Assembly (NCBI RefSeq): GCF_006345805.1
Contig: NW_021832192.1
Span: 1-50,079 of the forward strand
Reading direction: 5' to 3'
Length of the DNA: 50,079 nucleotides
DNA from: Octopus sinensis
Taxonomy: Eukaryota
The notes beneath the pieces were generated by a model that saw only the letters and a program-made list of their open reading frames with translations, was not told the DNA's origin and ran no database searches. Position numbers and translations under genes: made by a program. The first letter of the stretch is position 1. Each line of letters begins with the position of its first letter. Positions 24,906 through 37,050 of this stretch are shown here, piece after piece.

Positions 24906-25537
24906 CATGGTGTCCCCTACTCCGCCTTACAAACAGTCATTAATTAAAACATTTCCATAATCGCCTCCCACCCACACCATCTCGCACTTCCTATCTCCAT
25001 CAATCTGCCATCAATACACCTCATTGACCCATTCACAAACCCAAACCCACCCGCCCCCACTTACCCATGCCCTACACCTCTCATCCACTCCCCAGTCGCC
25101 CTTCACATTACTTCATTCACCCCCTCATACTCCAGCCCTGACCCTTTGGCGCGCGACGTTTTTAGCATTTTAATTCTTTAAAGTTAAGCATTATCTCGTT
25201 ACGCATAAACACATTCACACGCTATACCTATACACACACACACACACACACAAGCATACAAACGTACACACAAAAAACACATGTACATAGTTACACATAC
25301 AGGAGTATATTCGTGTGTGTGTGTATATATATATTATATATTATATATATATATATATAATATATATATATTATATATATATATATACGCATATAAAACA
25401 ACCGCACTTTGTTTCTCCCAGTTGGTTTGAAAAAAGTCAAAAGCACAAACAGTGAACGATTATTTCTAAAATGACAACATCATAAACAACAACAATAGCA
25501 ACATCAACATCATCAGCATTATCAACAGCAATAATAT

Positions 25538-25756
25538 ATTTCTTTATTGCCCACAAGGGGCTAAACATAAAGAGGACAAACAAGGACAGACATAGGTATT
25601 AAGTCGATTACATCGACCCCAGTTCGTAACTGGTACTTAATTTATCGACCCCGAAAGGATGAAAGGCAAAGTCGACCTCGGCGGAATTTGAACTCACAAC
25701 GTAACGCAGACGAAATACGGCTACGCATTTCGCCCGGCATGCTAACGTGTCTGCCA
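25538..25756 (-). mobile_element. SINE family B, low divergence
   Basis: tttctttattgcccacaaggggctaaac...gtcgacctcggcggaatttgaactc...gctaacgtgtctgcca. Confidence 0.93.
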
Positions 25757-25788
25757 TTCACACTTCGGACATCGAGAGTGTTGCGTGA

Positions 25789-26148
25789 CCTAGAAAGAAA
25801 TAGCAGCCACATTACCTTCATATTACATCAACAATCTTTAAGATTGGCAGGAGGCATTAAGCAATGTACTCCTTGATAACAATATACAGACAGATTTATA
25901 AGGTTTACAATGATTTTGAAAAATAACGACTGACCTAGGGCTAAAAACCAACACCACCAATAAGAGCTGAACCCCCCCAAAAAAGGAGACTCTACGTGGT
26001 CACTCGACTTACTAGAAACAGTAACCAAATTTCTCTCCAGTCAATTCATATCATCTTCAAAAAAAAGGACACATTGAACCAAGACAGGGTGATCGTGGTT
26101 GGAACGCCTTTGGTCAGAGGTCTGCTCGAACAATGATGACCTGGGATT

Positions 26149-26181
<33 letters not shown>

Positions 26182-26229
26182 GAAGCAGCAGTCTGAAACT
26201 ATAGTTGCAAAAACAACATTATTTCCACT

Positions 26230-26267
<38 letters not shown>

Positions 26268-26268
26268 T

Positions 26269-26308
<40 letters not shown>

Positions 26309-26600
26309 GCTACTACTACTACTACTGTCATTACTACTACTACTACTACTACTATTACAGTCATGATAACAAAAGCAATATCCGCAACAGCGATTCAACG
26401 AAGAAGACACTGCTAGTTTGCTAGAAATAACAACTAAATTCTGTCTTCAAATTACCGTCTTAAAAACGGGGAAGGCTACCTTGTGTACTCCAGTCTGAGA
26501 TACAATAGACTTTGAACAAAGCTGGGATGATCACATCTTGAACCCTTTTGATCATACATCTGCTGCATCAATATTGACCTGGGGTTAAAAACAATATCAT
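25789..26600 (+). mobile_element. Three consecutive old family D copies (25789-25960, 26040-26180, 26415-26600) separated by (CAA)/(CTA)n
   Basis: Shared ctagaaata.cagc.aaat start and gacct.ggg.taaa.aac end. Confidence 0.7.
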
Positions 26601-26666
26601 TAGCAATGAATCGACGAAGTAGCTGTTACATGCTAGAAATAGCTACCTAATCACCCGCAAATCATT

Positions 26667-27080
26667 GGCATGACTGTGTGGTTAAGAAGTTCACTTTGCA
26701 ACCACGTGTTTTGGGTTTAGTTCCACTGCGCGGCACTTTGGCCAATTGTCTTCTACCACAGCCCAAGGCGAGTGAATTTGGTTGACGAAACTGTGTAGAA
26801 GCCCATCGTATATGTGTGTGTGTGTGTATGTGCGTATGTGTATGTGTGTTTCTTTATATTTACGTTTGTCCACTCTTACCATCATTTGGCAACTGGTGTT
26901 GATCTATTAACGTCCCCATAACATAGCGATTCGGCTAAAGAGAAGAGATAGAGTAAGAACTAGACTTTTAAAAATAAATACTAGGGTCGATTTTTGTCGA
27001 CTATACTCTTCAAGTCTTCAAGGCGGTGCCCCAGCATGGCTGCAGTCTAATGACTGAAACAAGTAAAATCTAAGATAAAT
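26667..27080 (+). mobile_element. Full bipartite SINE family A with internal (TG)n
   Basis: Head, core, (TG)n and tail aaggcggtgccccagcatggctgcagtctaatgactgaaacaagtaaaa. Confidence 0.9.
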
Positions 27081-27147
27081 ATAAGAGTAAGAACAACAAC
27101 AATAAAAAGAAAAACCTTAACAGAATTTAAAACATAGTCGCCAAAAA

Positions 27148-27420
27148 GGCGGCGAGCTGGCAGAAACGTTAGCACACCGAGCGAAATGCTTTGTGGTATT
27201 TCGTCCGCGGCTGCGTTCTGAGTTCAAATTCCACCGAGGTCGAGTTTGTCTTTCATCCTTTCGGGGTCGATAAATTAAGTAACGGCTACGCACTGGGGTC
27301 GATATAATCGACTTAATCCCTTTGTGTCCTTAATCCCTTTGTGTCCTTAATCCCTTTGTGTCCTTAATCCCTTTGTGTCCCTCTATGTTTAGCCCCCTGT
27401 GGGCAATAAATAAATAAGAA
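27148..27420 (+). mobile_element. Full-length SINE family B containing a 4x17-bp tandem amplification
   Basis: ggcggcgagctggcagaaacgttagc...gagttcaaattcc (B-box-like); cttaatccctttgtgtc x4 at 27312-27379; tail ...gtgggcaataaataaataag. Confidence 0.95.
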
Positions 27421-27845
27421 TTTAAAATATAAATAAAGCTCTTCGAATTACATAGATCTTGGAAAGATATTGGAACTACCGAAACCTGAACAGGGGGGAG
27501 ATCAGTCAATAACAGAAACTCTAGTATTTGATCATTTAAGGCAATAACACTGGGCTACTGAACAAAATAGTCCCTAAACTTGAGATGTCACATGAAAGAA
27601 GGAATTTTCACTTTAAGAGAAGTTTTCGAGAACAAGGAAGAAGTAAACCCCACAAAGAAAGACTGGAATATTGTGGCCAAAGTCAACTAAAAACTACAGA
27701 AATACAAAGAATCTTTGGTCAGAAATCTGAGTACTACTCAGACTACAGATTAGGAAATGGGAAAAACTCGTATATATACTTGCTTTCCAAGTAAAATTGT
27801 TACAAAGAAACAAAAGTAGAAAAAGAAAAAGTGAAAACAGATATA

Positions 27846-27940
27846 GGCGCAGGCCGGCTGTCTGTTAAGAAGCTTCCTTCCCAACCATATGGTTCCGGGT
27901 AAAGTCCCATTGCGTGGCACCTTGGACAAGTGTCTTCTAT
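27846..27940 (+). mobile_element. SINE family A head, 3'-truncated
   Basis: ggcgcaggccggctgtctgttaagaagc...gcgtggcaccttggacaagtgtcttctat. Confidence 0.88.
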
Positions 27941-27944
27941 TTCA

Positions 27945-29352
27945 GTATGCGAACCAGCAAGAAGCCTTATTGGAGCTACGATCGCTAATGAAGATCAACT
28001 TTAAATTACCCACATGCCCTCTTTATCATCAATGGGAAGAAATGTACGTTGATGGAGACAAAAAGCACAAAACACACTACCAATTCCTCGACAAAGGAAT
28101 GATTTCGAGATACCGGAGTTCTACTGTTTTCTTGCAACTGGAGAGAAGTTCCTTGCATTTGATTCTGGCATCGATGACGAGAATAGAATACTAATATTTG
28201 CGACGGAAGATGGCTTAGCAGATTTGATAGATTTTCCTAAATGAGCAGCAGATGCTACCTTTAAAGTCAGTCCATCAATATATTAGCTATATTGTATCCA
28301 TATCCAAGAAGGTACATTTACCATTCCTGGAGTTTTTGCCCATCTTCCGGATTAAACAAAGAAATCATATTCGTCTATTCACATATTTGTTGCAACCGAA
28401 ACCGCAACTTCATCCAAAATCTTTGTTGCCACACTTTGAAATAGGAGCTCAAAAAGGCTTTGTAGAAAAGTTTCCAGAAGTGACAATAAGTACATGCTGC
28501 TTTCATTTACCTAAGTCTATTTTTAACTAAACCTGTGGCCTAGGATTAAGTCAACGGTGGAGAGAAGATGAAGCATTCAATCTGAAAGTTTAATGTTATT
28601 CCGCATTATCATTTCTTCCTTCAATTGACGTTGTCGACTGTTTTATTCACTTGTCCGATGACTGTGATTTGCCTCCACCTATTTACCGCCTATTTTGAAA
28701 TGACACACTTTGGGCAAGCAAGAGACCGGACAAAGATAAGGATGGAACTAATTTTTGCTATCGCGTCTTGGAATGTTCGAGAAAGGGTTATAAATCAGTT
28801 GCCTAGATCTAATAACAGCTTAGAAGGATTGCGCTATGCTTTGCAATATTTCTTATTCTGTCAACACCTCTCTATTTTGAAATTGATTTAGACACTGAAA
28901 AAGGAGGAGGTTATTGCCTTAACGAAAAAAAGAGACTTTCAAAGAGGAAAACAAGATAAATTTCTCCTGAAAGGAATAACTCACAACACACACACCTTTT
29001 GATTTATTTGTGAAGCTACAACAATTTTTAGATCTTGAAATATTTCTTTAATATGTTAAAGAATAATATGTTTAATATGTTTGTTTAATCTGTTTTGTAA
29101 ATTTGAAACTCTTTTATTTCTTTATTGCTTTTTTAGATGTTTATTATTTCCTACTTTCTTGTTTAAAGTTATTAAATGTGTTTATTTACAATTAGCTTTG
29201 GTAATCAACTGTTCCAAATAAAGAAAAAATATACCTGAAAAAAATAAATAAAATTTCAAAATAATACAGGAACACAACTGTCCAGGGACTCATTTGTCTA
29301 GGGATGCGAATGTCCAGGAACGCAACTGTCCAGTATGCAACTGTCCTAAACC
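27945..29352 (+). mobile_element. MULE (Mutator-like) transposon 3' portion: transposase pseudogene and right terminus
   Basis: Broken frame: RILIFATEDGL..L..., ADATFK, IHIQ...PGVFAHLPD.TK..Y.RLF, FEIGA..F.EKFP, CCFHL, ALSFLP, YFE.T..G, WNV.ER....LPRSNNSLEG. The terminus has ~16-bp repeats ending ...gtcctaaacc. Confidence 0.88.
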
Positions 29353-29377
29353 AGGACAAACTCACACACACACACAC

Positions 29378-29451
<74 letters not shown>

Positions 29452-29460
29452 ATATATATC

Positions 29461-29493
<33 letters not shown>

Positions 29494-29508
29494 TATATAT
29501 AATATATA

Positions 29509-30260
29509 CGAGGTGTAGTCAAAAGACAAGTAATATTAAAAAAACACCATTTTGATTTAATCTCCTTCAAAGTATTCGGCTTGGGAGTCTTCACACTCCT
29601 GGCAGCGTTCTTGCCACTACTGGAAGTATTTCTGGAAATCATTTTTTGAGATGCTGTAGAGCTGTACTATCGAATTTGACTTAATGTCCTCTGTTTTGCC
29701 TCAAATCTTACCCTTTCGAGTGCTTTTTTGAGCTTTGGGAATAGCTAAAAGTCATACAGATGCAAGTCTGGGGAGTATGAAGTCTGACAAATAAGTGGTG
29801 TGTTTTGCTTGACGATGAATGCTTGGACGACATGGGCGGGATGAACTGACTGAACTGACTCCAACTTCGGCAACAATCTCTTCAATAGTCACACGACGGT
29901 CTTCATAGACTATTCCCCGAACCTTTGCAATCATTTCGTCGTTTCTGCTAGACGATAGTCTGCCACAACGTGGCTCGCTATCCACTGAGGTTCGGCCATC
30001 TTTGAACCGACTGTACCATTCCTTTATTTGCGCTTTTCCTATAGCACCATCTCCAAAGACCTTCCGAATCTTCTCGATAGTCTGGGCTTGCGTGTCACCA
30101 AGTTTTTAGCAGAATATGATACACTATCTTTGCTCAATGCGCTCGGCCATCTTGATGCAGAAAGAAAATGTTTGCGCATGCTTCGTTGATGGTGCCGAAA
30201 CAAAGTGAAAATATGCACAAAGTTATTAGCTGTAGCTGAGTTTGCTCGGTAAATAGACAA
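29509..30260 (-). mobile_element. Internally deleted mariner element; one TIR seen (TA-cgaggtgtagtcaaaa)
   Basis: Minus strand: ATG at 30150, MAERIEQR.CI.FC.KLG...WYSRFKDGRTSV...PR.GR...DRRVTIEEI; jumps to a degenerate YSPDLAPCDF.LFPKLK region; ends ...EYFEGD* (stop 29557-29559). Confidence 0.88.
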
Positions 30261-30462
30261 AAAGAGAGGATAATACTTAAATACTCAATGTCGACATCAA
30301 TTTATACAACTGATTTATAAAAAAGCATTTTATATTGAAATTATTGTAATTTTCTACACTTAAAATATATATATATTTTATGTGTATTTTTACGTATTGT
30401 TTGCTACCATTTCAGCACGTTACAAGAAACTATCGAGAGAAAACCTCTAGAATACACTCAAA

Positions 30463-30650
30463 CTGCTAGAAATAAAAGTCAGATCTCCTTCATATTACAC
30501 ATCACCATCTTTAAAAAGAATTCTATATTGGATAATGTAGTCCTAGATAAAATATACTCGAAAAGAGAAAAAGGTGTGTTGGCTATGACTCAAACAATTT
30601 TGGTTATAGATCTACTGGATTACAAGTGATCTGAGCCACAACAATAACAA
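30463..30650 (+). mobile_element. Old family D copy
   Basis: ctgctagaaataaaagtcagatctccttcatattacac...gatctgagccacaacaataac. Confidence 0.6.
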
Positions 30651-32043
30651 GAATGATACAGGGTATGTCTTAGAGGAAAGCAAGCTGGTTGTTTAAACTG
30701 GCAAGGGAAGATATGTTTAAGCAGAACATCAATCATTTGTTGTTCAAGATGAAACAAAGAAAAGGGAACACCATAGTGTTATATAATCCCAAAAGATGGA
30801 GATGGAAATGAAGATGGAAGTAGCCTGAAGAATTAAAATGGCAACACACCTGAATGTTCCGGTGTTTTGCAGCAAATATCTTAGAAATGTGCGTATTTCT
30901 TTTTTCTTTTTCTTTTTCGCTGCTTTTGCGGATTCCCATGGCATTCTGTTGCCATCCAATTCAATTACTATGAATTTGAATTGGGAGTTTGAGTCATGGT
31001 GAGTCTTTAATTAATTGATTACACAACCATGGGCACCTCCCTAATGGATGCGTTGTAGTTTCTCTCTTAATAGCGCTTGGTGATCCTGACTGTTGATCTT
31101 CTAAGATTTCTCTCCTCAGAATCAATGTAAAAATCACCGTTGACTCAGTTGAGCTCTTCCGCTACCTCTGAACAGTCCGCCAAGTTACAGTCCCGTTACT
31201 TGACCGTATCCTTGACAGGGTGGCTGAACGGGTACTATGCCATGCCAAAGGGCAGCCCGTAACTATACAGGGCATGGTCGTCCCTCTGTGAGGTATTTTA
31301 AAAATACCCGCATACCCATGTTCGTTCCTTAAAATGATCAAATCATCTCCAGTTTTCTGCAATGCAGTAAGACCCAGAGTTTGACTTTTAAAGCAGTAAC
31401 CTACTTCTTAACTTTCGCAGTTTCATGTTTTGCACCGCAGTATTTGCTAGTTCTATTTGCACCCCACCTTCACCTCACTCATTGCTAATCCATAATACTT
31501 TATATTCACCATCTCATCCGACAGATGTTTGTCTTTCTGTCACACTCCACAACCGCAGCTAAATCTCTAATCTAACATCGGCTACCCACATTATTGTTAC
31601 ACATATTCCACCTTTTCTTACACTTTTTCTTTCTGTTTTCCTTTCTCTTCTCCACTCATATGTATTGATAAAGGAAATCTCCCCAAAACGTCGATTCATC
31701 TTTCGCTCTCTTCCTCCATAGCAGGAAATACATTGGCGGCATTTTATCCGCTATTTTAGGTCGTGATACATTTGTTTATTGTTATTAAGATGCGTTTAAC
31801 AAATTCCATTTTGAAAGCGGAACAGAGAAAATATGCAATATTTTTTCTTTTTCAAAAGTCTTCATCTAAATTTCAATGCAGGAACTTTATTTCTGAGAAA
31901 CTGCATCTTTCTTTGAGAGAAAAATCCAAAGAATTTTCTTAAAGAATGATTCATAAGATATATACATATAAACATACATACGTACAACGTACGTATGTAC
32001 GTTTGTACATATATACATACATACGTACATAATTACAGACGCG

Positions 32044-32089
<46 letters not shown>

Positions 32090-32328
32090 TACATATTTTC
32101 ATGCATCCATACATACATAAATACATACATACATACATCTTCTAACCAATGCCTTATACAAAAGGCTCAAAGATTCTTTTAAAAGAAAGACTAAAACTTA
32201 TTCGAAATCAAATATAATGTGTAGGTTTCAGGAAGTTTGGGATTGATCAAAAATCAGGGAGTGATAATCTGCTGGAAAAAAAAACAGAAAGAAAAAGAAA
32301 AATAAATGTAACAGCAGACATTTTGAAG

Positions 32329-32356
32329 TATGTATCAGTCACGTGACTGATACATA
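32329..32356. other. Perfect 28-bp palindrome centred on GTCACGTGAC
   Basis: tatgtatcagtcac|gtgactgatacata. Confidence 0.95.
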
Positions 32357-32599
32357 GCCCAGAATCTTTTTACTAAGATATGTTTAGATATGTTTATAAG
32401 TGTTTTGTATCACAGCTTTTGCCGCCGCCCACCATGATCAACGCAGAGCTAATGTTTTGTATCAATGCAGCTGTCACATGTGTCAATACGACTGTATGTT
32501 TTACCTTCATGCCACGGAATATAATCTAATATAGAGAAATGAACAGCCCACGATTTACTTGCTTTTAAATATATACTATATGCAGATGCGTAAAGGCAT

Positions 32600-32790
32600 A
32601 CCTACAAACAACAGACGTGCATATACATACATACATACATACATACATACATACATACATACATACATACATACATACATACATACATACACACATACAT
32701 ACATACATACATGCATACATACATACATACATACATACATACATACATACATACATACATACATAATACATACATAATACCTACATATAT

Positions 32791-32833
<43 letters not shown>

Positions 32834-32992
32834 GGTCTACAGTTACGCACACATACACACACACCCATACATTCATCTACACTCAAACACACATGTATAC
32901 ACGCTCACTCTGAAAACATTCACTCGGGGACGTACACTCATTATTCACAAAAACATACACCTATTAAAGTGGGTTGTATATATACATGTATA

Positions 32993-33055
<63 letters not shown>

Positions 33056-33568
33056 GTATAACATACATACATACATACATACATGCATACATACATACTA
33101 CATACATACATACATACATACATACATACATACATACATACATACGTACATACATACAAACGCACACACGCACACACACACACATATATATATATATACA
33201 CACATTCATACAGACACACACACACATGCATGCATACATACACGTAATCACACGTACTCATGATACATTCTTAAGCACGCATGAATGCAGACAGCTACGT
33301 AATATATACGCTAACATATATACAGATATATACATATACGTAGATACATACACACACATACTTGCACACTCATACACACACACACATATACTTACACCTA
33401 CACAAAAATTCATACATACACAGAAATATGTATACATAATATACATACATATGTTACATACAAACACAAACACCCACACACACATACACACACAGCCGCA
33501 TAAAACAAGCAATCCCAACATCCTACCTATCTAGACACCTACACTAACATAAAACCACACACACAACG

Positions 33569-33601
<33 letters not shown>

Positions 33602-33620
33602 GCACACACGTATGCACGCT
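32600..33620. repeat. (CATA)n/(TA)n/(CA)n compound microsatellite field
   Basis: Direct reading. Confidence 0.93.
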
Positions 33621-33733
33621 TACACACACACACAATACGCACACATACAAATATGCAGTCACGTGCTCACAGACATATACCAGTACAAATACAACAACGC
33701 GCCTATAAACACAATACCTATGCTTTCTTTTTC

Positions 33734-33774
<41 letters not shown>

Positions 33775-34467
33775 TGTATATATATTTTTTCCCCCTTATG
33801 TTGTTTAATATTCTGTATATTTTTTTTTTCTTATGTTTATTTTTTGTTATCTCCCCTTTGCAACGCTACTTGTTATAATAAGCCGAGATGAAAAGCAGCG
33901 AAAGCTGAATAAGACTGTCTCTCATTGTTTCCCCAGTTCAAAGTTTGATAAACGCTGGCTTCGATCTCTATTCATTCGTCGTAGCAAAAGAATATCGCTA
34001 TTGCGATAAAAGACCGACAGCCCTTACCTCACATTCATAAAAACTAGCTTAAAACGTCATTTTGTTTTGTCTGAGTTTGTTGATGTCATTGTTGTTGTTG
34101 CTGGTGGTGGCGGCGGCGGCGGCGGTGGTGATGGTGGTGGTGGTAATTGTGCGGCAGTGATGTTTGAATAGGTGTGTATGTGTGCATGTGTTAGTGTGTG
34201 AGTTTGAGTGTGTGTTTTTCTTTCTCTTTTTTTTTTTTTTCTCACACAGATCCAGCGATAGGGAAAGGCTACGAAACAACAATAAGCCATCGCCACAACA
34301 GCAACGGCGACCACAAAAGGGGAAACGCAGAGATAACAAACACCACATCAACAGCGGCAGAAATGACGATGGCGGCAGAAATAGCTGCGGTGAAATAATA
34401 CAAGCGCTAACGACAACAACAACAACAACAACATCAACAATAATTCATTATAAATAATAACAATACT

Positions 34468-34628
34468 CCTTTCTACTATGGGCACAAGGTCTGAAATATC
34501 GTGTCGAATCCGAAAAGATAAAAGGCAATGTCGACCTCGGTAGAGTGTGAACTAAGAGCAAGAAGACGGATGAAATGCCGCTAAGCCATAATGTCTAGCG
34601 TGCTTAACAAGTCTGCTAGCTCACTGTC
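34468..34628 (-). mobile_element. SINE family B variant, internally shortened
   Basis: ctttctactatgggcacaaggtctgaaat...aaggcaatgtcgacctcggtagagtgtgaact...gaaatgccgctaagc. Confidence 0.8.
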
Positions 34629-34670
34629 TCTTGCTTTCAAATTTTGCTACAAGGCTAAAAAATTTAGGGC

Positions 34671-34671
34671 T

Positions 34672-34708
<37 letters not shown>

Positions 34709-34754
34709 TAACAATAAAAATAATAATAATAATAATAATAACAATAACAATAAA

Positions 34755-34803
<49 letters not shown>

Positions 34804-34902
34804 TAATAATATAATAATAATATTATAATAATAATAATATAATAATAATAATAATAATAATAAATATAAAATAATGATAATAATAATAATAATAATGATA
34901 AT
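34671..34902. repeat. (AAT)n microsatellite
   Basis: Direct reading. Confidence 0.96.
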
Positions 34903-35025
34903 GCCCTGATGCAGTACCAGGCAGTGGCTCTCATGGCATCTGATCTTAACTGATTGGAAGTGTTATCATTTACATTGTTTTGTCTTGGTATAAAAGATGG
35001 GCTACAGCAAATATTCTGCTCAATA
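34903..35025 (+). mobile_element. Fragment of an AAT-associated interspersed repeat
   Basis: gccctgatgcagtaccaggcagtggctctcatgg... starts directly from (AAT)n. Recalled as the other end of the element seen at 2201-2515; not verifiable within the window. Confidence 0.45.
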
Positions 35026-35345
35026 GCCGAGGTCGACTTTGCCTTTCATCCTTTCGAGGTCGATTAGATAAGTACCAGTTACGCACTGGGGTCGAAGTAA
35101 TCGACTTAATCCGTTTGTCTGTCCTTGTTTGTCCCCTCTGTGTGTAGCCCCTTGTGGGTAGTAAAGAATTAAGTATTTCGTCAGTCTTTACGTTCTAAGT
35201 TCAAATTCCGCAGAGGTCGCAACTATCCTTCTTCCTTTCGGGGTCGTTAAAATAAGTAATCGACCAACCCCTTATCCCTAACTTGCTGGCTTTGTGTCAA
35301 AATTTGAAACCAATATTTTAGTGTTTATTTGTATTTTAGTTATGT
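35026..35345 (+). mobile_element. Two adjacent SINE family B fragments (35026-35173, 35174-35345)
   Basis: gccgaggtcgactttgcctttcatcctttcg...; gttctaagttcaaattccgcagaggtcg...tttgtgtcaaaatttgaaaccaatatt. Confidence 0.85.
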
Positions 35346-35375
35346 AGGTATACTCACCACAGTGATGGTACCATA

Positions 35376-35750
35376 GGCGTAGGCATGGTTGTGTGGAAAG
35401 AAGCTTGCTTGCCAACCTCATGGTCTCGGGCTCAGTCCCACAATGCAGGATCTCGGGCATGTGTCTTCTACTACAGCCTCGTCCCGCCCGTGCTTTGTGA
35501 GTGGATTTGGTAGACAGAAGCGGAAAGAAGCTCGTTGTATAAATATATATATAAATGTGTGTGAGTTCGACCCACACCAGCTCTTGACGACCGGTGTTGG
35601 TGTGTTTACCTCTGTAACTTAGCTGTTCAGCAAAAGACAGCGGTAAAATAAGTACCACGCTTAAAAAATAAGTCCTGGGGTCAATTGATTCGATTAAAGA
35701 TTATTCAGCATGGCCGCAGTCTAATGACAGGAACAAGTAAAGGCTAAAAG
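35376..35750 (+). mobile_element. Full bipartite SINE family A
   Basis: Head, core, short (TA)/(TG) spacer, tail cagcatggccgcagtctaatgacaggaacaagtaaa. Confidence 0.9.
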
Positions 35751-35859
35751 ATGAAAAAAAAATAACTGTTTGCAGAACAAATTTTCTAGTTCAGACACTG
35801 AAAGCTATTTTAAAGGGAAATAAATAGTCAATGCTCTTGGCCCCTGCAGGCCGAAAAAA

Positions 35860-36620
35860 GCTATCTTGGCGGGATTTAAATTTAGAATTTAAATGGCATT
35901 ACTAAATACCGTATCGCATTTTGTTCGACGCTCTTATAATTCTGCCAATCTACTGCATAATAATATTGATGATGATGATGATGGTTTTCGGATTTCTTAC
36001 ATATTCGTTCTAATTTTCGCCCAACGATAGCAATCTTGAGAGGAGGGAGAAGTCGATTACATCGATCCCAGTGCTCAAGTGATACTAATTTTGTCGCCTT
36101 CGAAAGGATGAAAAGCAAAGTTGACCTTGGCGGTATTTGAACTCAGAACGTAAACAGCTGAGAGAAAAATATCACTAAGAATTTTGTTTAACGGGGTAAT
36201 GGCTCTGCCAGCGGGCTTCCTTAATGTTCTCTTTTCATATTGGTTTCAAATCTTAGCACAAGGTCAATAAGATCCGGGGAAGGGGTTCACTACTACTTAA
36301 TTCATCGACTCCGAATGCATGAAAAGCAAAGTTGACCTCGGTGGGACTGGAACTCAGTATGTAAAGATGGACGAGATGCCACTAAGTATTTTGCCCGGCG
36401 TACTAACTTAAATGTTTTCTTTCATATTAATATTGGTTTCCGTTTTAACCTCAGCGATAACAATTGTAACGGGAGAGATGTCAGACGATACAATCTACTC
36501 TAATATCCAAAAGGAAGAACAGAAAAGTTGACTTCAACGGGATTTGAACTCATCAGAATGTAAAGAGATGAAACAAAAAAAAAACAGTAAAGCATTTTAC
36601 CGAAGTTCCAACAATTCTAA
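35860..36620 (-). mobile_element. Stack of four same-strand SINE family B copies or fragments
   Basis: Repeated (aaagttgac)..ggcgg.atttgaactcag.a.gtaaa motif at about 35875, 36125, 36335 and 36530. Confidence 0.75.
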
Positions 36621-37050
36621 CTCCGAACTATTATCCCTTTCATATAAGTATAATAAAATTATTTTATTCTTATTTACGTTGTTATTTTTTATACATGCAG
36701 TTATATACAGTGTTGTATGTACTTTGGTTGATAGCCTCTTATCGATTCCTTTCGTTTGATGTAAGCGCATAAGTTTAGATGTAGCACAAATTTTATCAGT
36801 GACCAGGTCGCATATTACCAAAAGTAAAGAATCTGAAATACAAAAAAGAAAGGACATTACACAGAATAGTGAAGACATAACAATGGTGCTGTCATAGTGT
36901 GTAAACCAGCTGGAAAAAAAAACTTATCAAATCCGATTCGGAGAAAACTGAGAAATCTTAAATTTCAGCCCTAAGCTATTAGCTTGGCTCTGGGTATATA
37001 TAGATAATATATATATATATATATTATATATATATATATATTATATTATA

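Noticed and set aside
27312-27379. Regularly repeated 17-mers as a CRISPR-like array
   Set aside because: Contiguous tandem units without spacers, inside a SINE, in eukaryotic DNA
27430-27840. A-rich segment with a partly open frame (FTLREVFENKEEV…)
   Set aside because: Possibly a decayed LINE piece, but no diagnostic motif to support a call
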